NCBI GenBank assembly: GCA_045221335.1
Contig: JBGUWS010000019.1
Coordinates: forward strand, 77,421 to 141,420
Direction: 5' to 3'
Source: Alphaproteobacteria bacterium
GTDB lineage: Bacteria; Pseudomonadota; Alphaproteobacteria; RF32; CAG-239
Length of the DNA: 64,000 nucleotides
Shown here in pieces: positions 34,671 through 43,212 of the stretch (the stretch's first letter is position 1; each line of letters opens with the position of its first letter). Below the pieces are notes generated by a model. It was not told the origin of the DNA and searched no databases. It was given only the letters and a program-made list of their open reading frames with translations. The translations under genes and the position numbers were made by a program.

Positions 34671-35390
34671 CTAGGAACAAACCCTGGCAACGGTCAGCAA
34701 GTCCACAGATTTTGCTCCGGATTTTTTTAAAACCGCAGTGCATTCCTTTAGAGTGGAACCCGTGGTATAAACATCATCAATTATAACGATTCTCTTTCCT
34801 TTAATCTGAGTATTATCCGTAATAGAAAAAGCGTCTTTAATATTTTTTTTGCGTTGTTGTCCGTTGCAATGTACTTGCGGCAGAGTGTATCTGATTTTTT
34901 TTAATACTTTATAATTAACAGGTACATCAATAAGCTTTGATAGTTCTGCTGCCAACATGGCTGATTGATTATATTTTCGCTTAAGCAAACGTGTATAGTG
35001 CAAAGGAACAGGGATAATTAAATCAACACCCGCATCAAAAATGTCTTTGCCGGCAATGTACAGCCATTTAGAAAGTAATTTTCTATTTTCAATATGATCC
35101 GCAAATTTAAAATCCAAGAGTAATTTTTTTGATAAATCGTCATAATAAATAGCAGATCGGCAAAGACGAAAGGATCTTTTTTTCTTTAAGCAGCTCGCAC
35201 AATAAAAATCGTGTACCTTTTCTTCCATCATGAGAGGTTTGCCGCATCGTGAACAATAAGGTGTTGTTATAAAAGAAATCTTATCAAAACAATCAAGACA
35301 TAGGCTGTCAGGAGAACTAATCACCTTCCCGCACAACAAACACCTTTGTGGTAAAATAAAATCGATTAATTTTTTCAGCTGACGGATCAT
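34671..35390 (-). CDS. comF: ComF-family double-zinc-ribbon phosphoribosyltransferase-like protein
   Basis: CLLC..CLDC..CSRC..CASC, PVPLHYTRL..RKYNQ, IIDDVYTTGST. Confidence 0.9.
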   Translation of the reverse strand: MIRQLKKLIDFILPQRCLLCGKVISSPDSLCLDCFDKISFITTPYCSRCGKPLMMEEKVHDFYCASCLKKKRSFRLCRSAIYYDDLSKKLLLDFKFADHIENRKLLSKWLYIAGKDIFDAGVDLIIPVPLHYTRLLKRKYNQSAMLAAELSKLIDVPVNYKVLKKIRYTLPQVHCNGQQRKKNIKDAFSITDNTQIKGKRIVIIDDVYTTGSTLKECTAVLKKSGAKSVDLLTVARVCS

Positions 35391-36253
35391 AACTTAGACA
35401 ATTCTGCGGTTAAAGAGGTCAAATTATCAACAACGATAATACCCGATTCTTCCATCAACAATTTTTTCTCTTCCATCGTTGTTATCCCGCGACAAATAAT
35501 ATCTGAGGCCAAGTCTTGATCTTGTGATAACAATATAGAATCCTCAAGCATTAGTGCAATAACTGGTTTTCTCTTTGACATACGAGAATACATGCGTGCT
35601 GTTTCAATCTCGTAATTACCACCGGTTCCTCCAACCATCACAATTGCTTTTGTCTGGTCATCATCATTAAATTTCTTAATATAATCAATAAAATCAGAAC
35701 CGACAATAAAGTCATCTCCCAAACCAATAACAGTAGACTGCCCAAATCCAGCACGGTTCATCTCTAATACAACCTCATATGTCAATGTTGAGGAACGCGA
35801 AATAATACCAATATCTCCTTGTTTATGAATGTTATCCGGAAAAGTACCTAAATAAGCAACTTTTGGTGCAATAATACCCGGAGTATTAGGGCCGATAAGT
35901 AGCGTTTTAGATTTGGATAATTCATGTCTGATTTCCATCATATCATTAACAGGGATTCCTGAAGTAATCACTGCAACCAATTCAAGGTTGGCGTGAATAG
36001 CCTCAAGTATGGCTGATTTTGCAAATTTTGCTGGAACAAAAATAACAGAAGCTGTTGCACCCGTCGCTTTCTTCGCTTCTTTGACCGTTTGAAATAACGG
36101 GATGCCCAGATGGGTAGCATCTTTTTTATTAGGAACAACACCGGCAACAACATTTGTTCCATACTTAATGGCACGCGGTGTATGGAAAGATGCCTGAGTA
36201 CCGGTTAATCCTTGTACAATAACTTTCGTATTTTTATCAATTAGAATAGACAT
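35387..36253 (-). CDS. sucD: Succinyl-CoA ligase alpha-subunit homologue lacking the catalytic His and Glu
   Basis: MSILIDKNTKVIVQG, IGPNTPG, SRSSTLTYE; the canonical GEIGG reads GGTGG and GHAGA is absent. Confidence 0.8.
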   Translation of the reverse strand: MSILIDKNTKVIVQGLTGTQASFHTPRAIKYGTNVVAGVVPNKKDATHLGIPLFQTVKEAKKATGATASVIFVPAKFAKSAILEAIHANLELVAVITSGIPVNDMMEIRHELSKSKTLLIGPNTPGIIAPKVAYLGTFPDNIHKQGDIGIISRSSTLTYEVVLEMNRAGFGQSTVIGLGDDFIVGSDFIDYIKKFNDDDQTKAIVMVGGTGGNYEIETARMYSRMSKRKPVIALMLEDSILLSQDQDLASDIICRGITTMEEKKLLMEESGIIVVDNLTSLTAELSKL

Positions 36254-37462
36254 TTACAAATCCTCCTCGATTGCATCTCGCAACATATCCAGCCCCTCAG
36301 CCGTACTGTTGGCAATTTTAAGAGGAAGCCCGGAAGATTGAAGAATATCAATGGCTTCATTTTTATTTGTACCTTCAAATCTTGCCACAAGAGGAATGTT
36401 TAATCCTAAATCGTTTGCTATACTAATAATTCCGTCGGCGATAAGATTACAACGTGAAAAACCACCAATGATATTAATAAAGATGCCGTCAACCGTTGGA
36501 TTTGTCATAATAAGCCTGATACTTGCCGCAATATTATCTCTATCAACACCTCCTTTGAGGTCTAAAAAGCAAGCAGTAGATAGTCCATGTTTTTGTGCCT
36601 CATTAATAATGTTAATCGCCATACCGCTACCATTCGTGATAATACCCATGCCCGTCATCAATTCTTGATAATGAAAGCCGAGTTTAGCAGCTGTTGTCTC
36701 TCTTCCCTCTGTTTCAGCATCATTTGCAAAACTGGGTAAATCTTTATGACGATACAAAGCATTTTTATCAAAAAGGATATTCGCATCCAATGCCCATATA
36801 ACATTATCTTTATCTAAGCCAATCGGGTTAATTTCCAGCATGACTGCATCGTAATGATAAAATATCTTCAAAACATTATTTAAAAAAGACTTCAGATTTT
36901 TGATATTTCCCTTGTAACGCATAAACTTACGAACAATTTCGATTTGTTCAGGCGTAATTTCTTTTTGCAGGCCAAGATCTAGTTTTAGCATTTTTTCTGG
37001 ATTCTTTATGACCAAATCAAGAACAGTCTCACTGGATAACAAATCCATTGGTGCCAACAACAACATGACAGAAGCTGAAATACGATCAACAATCAACCCG
37101 AAATAATATTGCTTTACGGTCTTTATATATTCTTCAATATAAACACGGCTAACCAGTCTTCCTTTGGCATCCGTTTGGTTTGTAATAAGCATGTTTTGCA
37201 ACATCTTACTGGCATTTGTATAAACGGTATTTAAATTTTTTGATAAACGGATACCACCCTTTTTTCCGGCTCTTTTATCGGAGAACCTTCCCATATCTCT
37301 TGAACCGGCTTGTATTTGTGCTTTAACAATCCAAGGTCCTGAAGGAGAAATTTTAAGAGCCGCCGATTTTGCCTCATTCGGAGTATAGGCAATCAAACCG
37401 TCAGGTATAGTCAATCCAAAGGTCTTGAATATTTTTTTTGCCTGATATTCATAAATATCCAT
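36254..37462 (-). CDS. sucC: Succinyl-CoA ligase beta-subunit homologue, divergent
   Basis: MDIYEYQAK, VKAQIQAGSR, EINPIG, NALYRH, FEGTN; ATP-grasp glycine motifs are altered. Confidence 0.8.
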   Translation of the reverse strand: MDIYEYQAKKIFKTFGLTIPDGLIAYTPNEAKSAALKISPSGPWIVKAQIQAGSRDMGRFSDKRAGKKGGIRLSKNLNTVYTNASKMLQNMLITNQTDAKGRLVSRVYIEEYIKTVKQYYFGLIVDRISASVMLLLAPMDLLSSETVLDLVIKNPEKMLKLDLGLQKEITPEQIEIVRKFMRYKGNIKNLKSFLNNVLKIFYHYDAVMLEINPIGLDKDNVIWALDANILFDKNALYRHKDLPSFANDAETEGRETTAAKLGFHYQELMTGMGIITNGSGMAINIINEAQKHGLSTACFLDLKGGVDRDNIAASIRLIMTNPTVDGIFINIIGGFSRCNLIADGIISIANDLGLNIPLVARFEGTNKNEAIDILQSSGLPLKIANSTAEGLDMLRDAIEEDL

Positions 37463-37463
37463 A

Positions 37464-37871
37464 TTACTTTCCTAAAGTCTGGGCGGTATAATATTTTATC
37501 TTGTCAACCATCGAAAGCATACCGCTCCGACGATTTTGAGTTATATGCTCCCGCAAACCCATTCTATCAAAAATTTCTTCAACATCAATATCTAAAATTT
37601 CTTGTGCAGATTTATCTTTAAAAATTTCCAAAACAACAGCAATAATTCCGCGTACAATAATGGCATCACTGTCTCCGGAAAAAGAAATTTTTTGATTATC
37701 AAAATGAGGAATAATCCAAACTTGAGATTGGCAACCCGGAACTTTCCATTGCTCCTGCTTTTGGTCTTCAGGTAAATGAGGCAATTGATTGCCGAGTTCT
37801 ATCAAGTACCTGTACTTGTCTTCCCAGTTCTCTAAAAAAAGAAAGTTATCAATTAATTCCTCAACAGACAT
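37464..37871 (-). CDS. sufE: Fe-S assembly sulfur acceptor SufE
   Basis: WEDKYRYLIELG, VPGCQSQVW, DSDAIIVRG, RRSGM. Confidence 0.93.
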   Translation of the reverse strand: MSVEELIDNFLFLENWEDKYRYLIELGNQLPHLPEDQKQEQWKVPGCQSQVWIIPHFDNQKISFSGDSDAIIVRGIIAVVLEIFKDKSAQEILDIDVEEIFDRMGLREHITQNRRSGMLSMVDKIKYYTAQTLGK

Positions 37872-37882
37872 AATGCCATCCC

Positions 37883-38323
37883 TTACATCATTTCCAGTAT
37901 CATTCGCGCCTCATCGCTTAAACGATCTATTGTCCACGCAGGTTCCCACACAACTTCAACTTCCACATTTCCGACACCATCGATTGCCCCAACAGCATCA
38001 GCCACTTGCTGAGGTAATATTTCTGCTACAGGACATCCGGGTGCTGTCAGAGACATATCAATATGAACATCACCATTATCTTTTTGATTGATATCATAAA
38101 TAAGCCCCAAATCATAAATATTAATTGGGATTTCGGGGTCATATACTGTCTTGGTAGCTTCTATAATATCTTCATTCTTAGCGATGGTGATACCGGATTC
38201 TAAGGTCTTTCCGGCATATGCCTTATAAACAGGTAAATCCGCTACATCATCAACACTCATGGCAGCAAGCAACTGCATTTCATTATCATCAATAATCTTT
38301 TGTTCTGCTGTATCAGTCATCAT
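37883..38323 (-). CDS. sufT: SUF system Fe-S assembly protein SufT (DUF59)
   Basis: VYDPEIPINIYDLGLIY, MSLTAPGCPVA, VWEPAWT. Confidence 0.88.
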   Translation of the reverse strand: MMTDTAEQKIIDDNEMQLLAAMSVDDVADLPVYKAYAGKTLESGITIAKNEDIIEATKTVYDPEIPINIYDLGLIYDINQKDNGDVHIDMSLTAPGCPVAEILPQQVADAVGAIDGVGNVEVEVVWEPAWTIDRLSDEARMILEMM

Positions 38324-38330
38324 TTTTCTT

Positions 38331-39548
38331 CTATTTAAAAAAGTCTATTGCTTTATAAAGCGCTTTTATGAATATATCAATATCTTCTTTAATGGTATAG
38401 ATACCAAGTGAGGCGCGCGCTAAAGAATTATATCCGAGCCTATTAACCAAAGGTTGAGCGCAAAAATGGCCGGTACGAATAGAAACACCCTCTTTACTAA
38501 GTACAAAAGCCAAATCCTGCGGATGAATATTTTCAATAGCAAAAGAAAACACGCCACCTTTTTCTTTGGCACAACCAAGTATTTTCAATCTGGGAACTTC
38601 TTGCAAATTTTTTGTTGTATATGAGATAAGATTTTGCTCATAAGCTTCTATTTCATCAAAATTATATTGTGCCAGATAGCGAATAGCCTGCCCGAGACCA
38701 ATTGCCTGAACAATTGCCGGCGTTCCCGCTTCAAAACGAGCCGGAGATGAGGTAAAAGTTGTTTTGTCATAGGCAACATGCTCAATCATATCTCCGCCAA
38801 ATTGATATGGCTGCATTTGGTTAAGCAAATCCTTTTTGCCGTACAAAACGCCGATTCCTGTCGGTCCATACAGTTTATGACCGGAAAAAGCCAAAAAATC
38901 ACAATCAAAGTCCGCAACATCAATAGCCTTATGGACAGCAAATTGGCAAGCATCAACCAAAACTTTGGCCCCTATGCGATGCGCTTCTTGGCATATCTTT
39001 TTAATTGGAAAAATCGTACCCAAAACATTAGACATTGCCGTTACAGCTACAATTTTCGTCTTATCGGTAAGGGCTTCTTGAAAATTTTCCCACACAAAAC
39101 TACCATCTTCTGCTAAATCAAAATATTTTAGCGTAGCACCGGTTTTAAGGCACCACTGTTGCCATGTGACCAAATTAGCATGATGCTCCGCTCTCGAGAG
39201 CAAAACTTCATCACCTTTTTTTAAGTTTTGAGCACCATATGTCGCAGCAACCAAGTTGATTCCTTCTGTCGCACCACGTGTAAATATGACCTCATCTTTG
39301 CTTTTTGCTTTAATAAAATGAGCGATAACCTGTCGTGCGTTTTCATAATTTTCAGTCGCTTTTTCAGAAAGCCAATAGCTACCGCGATGAACATTAGCAT
39401 ATTCGTGGCGATAAATCTTTTGAATCTCTTCAAGCACAACACCAGGCTTTTGCGCTGAAGCTGCTGTATCTAAATATGTATTACGTTTTCCTTCAATTAA
39501 ATCTTCCAAAATAGGAAAATCTTTTCTGACATTATATGCATCAAACAT
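38331..39548 (-). CDS. sufS: Cysteine desulfurase SufS
   Basis: YLDTAASAQKP, ANVHRG, SGHKLYGP (PLP Lys), RTGHFCAQP (catalytic Cys). Confidence 0.96.
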   Translation of the reverse strand: MFDAYNVRKDFPILEDLIEGKRNTYLDTAASAQKPGVVLEEIQKIYRHEYANVHRGSYWLSEKATENYENARQVIAHFIKAKSKDEVIFTRGATEGINLVAATYGAQNLKKGDEVLLSRAEHHANLVTWQQWCLKTGATLKYFDLAEDGSFVWENFQEALTDKTKIVAVTAMSNVLGTIFPIKKICQEAHRIGAKVLVDACQFAVHKAIDVADFDCDFLAFSGHKLYGPTGIGVLYGKKDLLNQMQPYQFGGDMIEHVAYDKTTFTSSPARFEAGTPAIVQAIGLGQAIRYLAQYNFDEIEAYEQNLISYTTKNLQEVPRLKILGCAKEKGGVFSFAIENIHPQDLAFVLSKEGVSIRTGHFCAQPLVNRLGYNSLARASLGIYTIKEDIDIFIKALYKAIDFFK

Positions 39549-39605
39549 TTTTTATACCTCAAAGTTAGGGATAACATAAAACTTATCTCAGATTTTTTCA
39601 ACCAT

Positions 39606-39639
39606 AAAAAAAGAACCCGCCGTCAAAATCGGCGGATCC
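39606..39639 (-). terminator. Terminator after the ankyrin gene
   Basis: CCGCCG-7 nt-CGGCGG stem followed by a T-rich run on the minus strand. Confidence 0.6.
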
Positions 39640-39647
39640 ATATATTA

Positions 39648-41578
39648 TTACTTACTCTTTGGTTTTCGGCGTGAGGTGATCTTTAAGTGTTTCTTTTTAG
39701 ATCGTTGCTTTCGATAATCTTTCTTTTGAGCTTCGAGCTGTGCTTTTTTTTGTTTTATCCAAGCTTCATTTAATATATCTGTTATTTCCGAACAGTGCGA
39801 ATAATAGGCCGAATTCTTATATTGTGACCTGATAAGATCCAAAGCACTCTCGCCAGCTTTGTTTTTAAGAGTAACATCAGCGCCCTTTGCTAGCAAGGCT
39901 TTAATGGCTTCCACTGCTCTTTCATGTTCAATTTTTTCTGCTTCAGAATCATCCTCATATTCGTCTGTATGAAATCCCCTTTGTACATATTCTTCTAGCG
40001 AAAGCCCAAAAGATCCACCATTTCCGACATGATCCATCAAAATCATAAGGGCAGTATTTCCATCTTCATCTTGTAAATTAACATCAGCATCATAATCCAG
40101 CAGAAGCTTGATTAACCCTAAATCATTTCCATTAGAACAAGCATTCATCAAAGCAGTTCCACCACAGGCATTTTGCACATTAACATTAGCCCCGTTTTCT
40201 AACAGAGTCTCCGCAATTTCTTTACACCCTCTGGCGCAAATATGCATCAATGCTGTCCAACCAAATTCATCTACTGCATTAACATCGGCTCCATTTTTGA
40301 TCAGATATTTTACCATCTTATTAAAGCCATTAACCCAGTTTAAGTCTTTTAATTCATCTAGAGTTAGCTGTTTCCCTCTTTCTTTTAAGTGAACTATCAC
40401 ATTAAGAGAACAACAACCACCACAAAATTTCATTAAATGTGTTTGCCCTGTCTCATCCCGGCGGTTAATATCTTCTCCCTTTTGGAGCATCCGATTAATA
40501 AAATCATATTCAAGAAAAAAGCAAGCCTCATCAAAAACATCATAGGAACAATCTTTGGTATGAAAAGCGACATTAGCACCCTTATCAAGTAAAATTGAAA
40601 ACATCGCATAATGAGAAGCACAAAGAGCTTCACGCAAAGCTGATCGTTTTTCAGTTTCAATTTTTGCACCTTGTTCAATTAAAAAATCAGCGATTCTATA
40701 ATCATATTGCGAACAGCAAGCATGAGTCAGAGCCGTATTTCCGGCTTTATCTTCAAGGTTAACATCGGTGACATATTTATAAATTCTCTTGATGTTTTCC
40801 AGATTTTCAGCCCTACAAAAGTACATGAAAAAAGTCATTCCAGCGTCATCTTGCAGATTAATATCTGCACCTTTTTCTAAAAAAAGTCAATAAGTTCAGA
40901 ATTTGTATCATAGTAAGAACCCTCCTTAGAACGAGAAATAAAACAAAGCGCTGTACGTCCACACTCATCTTGCATGTTGACATCAATACCGGCACCAAGC
41001 AAAATCTTTGCTGTTTCAAGGTCATTAAATTTACAAGCAATATGCAAAGCATATGCTGCGTTAGTAAGATCAGTACCTTGATTTTTTAAGAATCTTAAAA
41101 AATCAAAGCCCTCCTCACTTTGTTTTACAATTGAATAATCTAAAGCGGTAATACCATATACTCCTGGTTCTCTTATAATTTTAGCCCCTTTTAAAACCAA
41201 ATATTTTGCAATCTCAAAATTACTATACTGACAGGCATATGCTAAAGCTGAATAATACTCTCCTACACGTTCGTTATTATCACGTACTAAATCAACGTAT
41301 GGTGTATAGTATGACGCTATTTCACCATAGACCTCTTCTCCGAAAGCCACAAATCCTTGAAAGCTTAATGTCTGCTTTCCTTTATATTTTTGAGGATTAA
41401 CATCAGCACCGTGCTCAACCAAAAATTTGACAGTATCAAAATGTCCTTCTGCAGCAGCCAGCATCAAAAGTGTTCGTCCAAGCGCATCTTGAGCATTAAT
41501 ATCAAGACCATCCGCAAGCATTACCTTAATGCCTTCAATTTCTCCAAACTCATAGTATATCTTTGCTACATCATACAT
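39648..41578 (-). pseudogene. Ankyrin-repeat protein gene split by a 1-nt frameshift (ORFs 40877-41578 and 39648-40838)
   Basis: More than ten G-[AI]-D-[VI]-N...G.T.L ankyrin units. Reading T8 instead of T7 at 40879-40885 gives the continuous DFFLEKGADINLQDDAGMT and a 643 aa protein. Confidence 0.85.
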
Positions 41579-41620
41579 TCTTTTTCCTGAACAAAGCTTT
41601 TAAGAAACACAGTTTTGGAA

Positions 41621-41649
41621 ATAATATCCTTATTTTGTATATTTGTCAA
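41621..41649 (-). promoter_or_regulatory. Sigma70 promoter of the ankyrin gene
   Basis: TTGACA-17 nt-TATTAT on the minus strand. Confidence 0.6.
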
Positions 41650-41665
41650 ACAAAATATTTACAAT

Positions 41666-41696
41666 AAAAAAAACAGCTACCGAACGTCGGTAGCTG
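41666..41696 (-). terminator. Terminator of the pyrH...fabZ operon
   Basis: CAGCTACCGA-3 nt-TCGGTAGCTG stem followed by T8 on the minus strand. Confidence 0.85.
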
Positions 41697-41716
41697 GGTA
41701 TTTAGCCAAAATTTTA

Positions 41717-42166
41717 TTACACAATCATCGCCGTAAATTCAGCTTCAGATACCACGTGGTCATCAACCATAGCAGTTCCTTTGAAAACGTATATATTGCG
41801 ACGCGCTTTAATTCTTTCCACATGCATACGGAGTTGATCTCCGGGTTTTACTTGCTTTCTAAATTTAACGCCATCGATTCCCATAAATAAAACACTACGT
41901 TTGTTGTTGGCATAGTCTTCATTTTGAGCAACAACCACCGCTCCGGCCGTTTGAGCCATAGCTTCAATCTGCAAAACACCCGGCATAATCGGATTATTAG
42001 GAAAATGCCCCTGAAAAAATTCTTCATTCATCGTCACATTTTTTATGCCCATTCCTTTTTCACCGGGAATTTCAACCTCTAAACGGTCAATCAGCAAGAA
42101 AGGATAACGATGTGGTAACATCTTCATAATCTCTTCAATCGGATATACTTTGATACCTTCTGGCAT
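41717..42166 (-). CDS. fabZ: 3-hydroxyacyl-ACP dehydratase
   Basis: LPHRYPFLLIDR, FFQGHFP..PIMPGVLQIEAMAQ; ATG 42166 after GGAGG. Confidence 0.97.
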   Translation of the reverse strand: MPEGIKVYPIEEIMKMLPHRYPFLLIDRLEVEIPGEKGMGIKNVTMNEEFFQGHFPNNPIMPGVLQIEAMAQTAGAVVVAQNEDYANNKRSVLFMGIDGVKFRKQVKPGDQLRMHVERIKARRNIYVFKGTAMVDDHVVSEAEFTAMIV

Positions 42167-42181
42167 AATCAACCTCCTTAA

Positions 42182-43195
42182 CTACTTTTTACTATTTTTT
42201 TGTAAAAACGCAACCTGACGCATAAAGTCCTTAAAAGGTACTGTTGGCGAACCCATAACAATGGCACCTGGCTCAATATCTCTCATAACACCGGATTGTG
42301 CACCGATTTGAACCCCGCTACCGATATTTAAGTGATCAGCCAAACCAACCTGACCGCCACATACAACATAATCTCCTAACGTGCAACTACCGGCAATGCC
42401 TGTTTGTGATACGAGAATGCAACATTTACCGATTTTATCATTATGTGCAATCTGCACTAGATTATCAACGCGTGTTCCGTCACCAATAATAGTATCATCA
42501 ATGGCTCCTCTGTCAATACAAGCGTTAGATCCAACTTCTACGTCATTGCCGATAATAACGCGCCCAATTTGCGGAATACGTTTATGTCTTCCCTCAACAA
42601 CAGAAAAACCAAAACCATCCTGACCGATACGTGCACCGGTGTAGATATAACAATCATTACCCATTAAGCAATAAGCAATGCTGGCATTATTTGCAATTCG
42701 GCAATTGTTACCGATTTTGCATCCGCGAGAAATAACAACATTTGCTTCAATAATGCAATTATCACCTATAACAACATCATCTTCAATCAGCACATTGTGC
42801 CCGATATAACAATTAGCTCCAATCTTTGCTGTTTTTGAAATATGTGCATCAGATTCGATCTTTGCAGATGGCATATACTCCTGATAAAAAGCTGATACCA
42901 ATTTTATAAAAGATAATTTCGGATTCTCTGAGATAAGTACAACAACTCCCTCAGGAACAAGAGAAGCAAGCTCCTTAATTGTAATACAAGCTTTAGATTT
43001 TATCTGCTGCGCGAGAGCCTTGTTTTTTTTATCATAAAAAAAACAAACGTCATTCGCCCCGGCAGATTGGATAGAGCAGACATTTTCTATCTGCTCTTCT
43101 TCGTGACCGGCTGTTATAATTTCTGCATCAGCTATTTGTGCAATTTCTTTAATGCTCTTAGCTTTGCTATGTTTATAAAAAACTTTATCAGCCAT
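42182..43195 (-). CDS. lpxD: UDP-3-O-(3-hydroxymyristoyl)glucosamine N-acyltransferase
   Basis: Hexapeptide repeats, IGQDGFGF, IDRGAIDDT, DNLVQIAHN. Confidence 0.96.
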   Translation of the reverse strand: MADKVFYKHSKAKSIKEIAQIADAEIITAGHEEEQIENVCSIQSAGANDVCFFYDKKNKALAQQIKSKACITIKELASLVPEGVVVLISENPKLSFIKLVSAFYQEYMPSAKIESDAHISKTAKIGANCYIGHNVLIEDDVVIGDNCIIEANVVISRGCKIGNNCRIANNASIAYCLMGNDCYIYTGARIGQDGFGFSVVEGRHKRIPQIGRVIIGNDVEVGSNACIDRGAIDDTIIGDGTRVDNLVQIAHNDKIGKCCILVSQTGIAGSCTLGDYVVCGGQVGLADHLNIGSGVQIGAQSGVMRDIEPGAIVMGSPTVPFKDFMRQVAFLQKNSKK

Positions 43196-43212
43196 TTCTT
43201 TTATCCTCTTTA

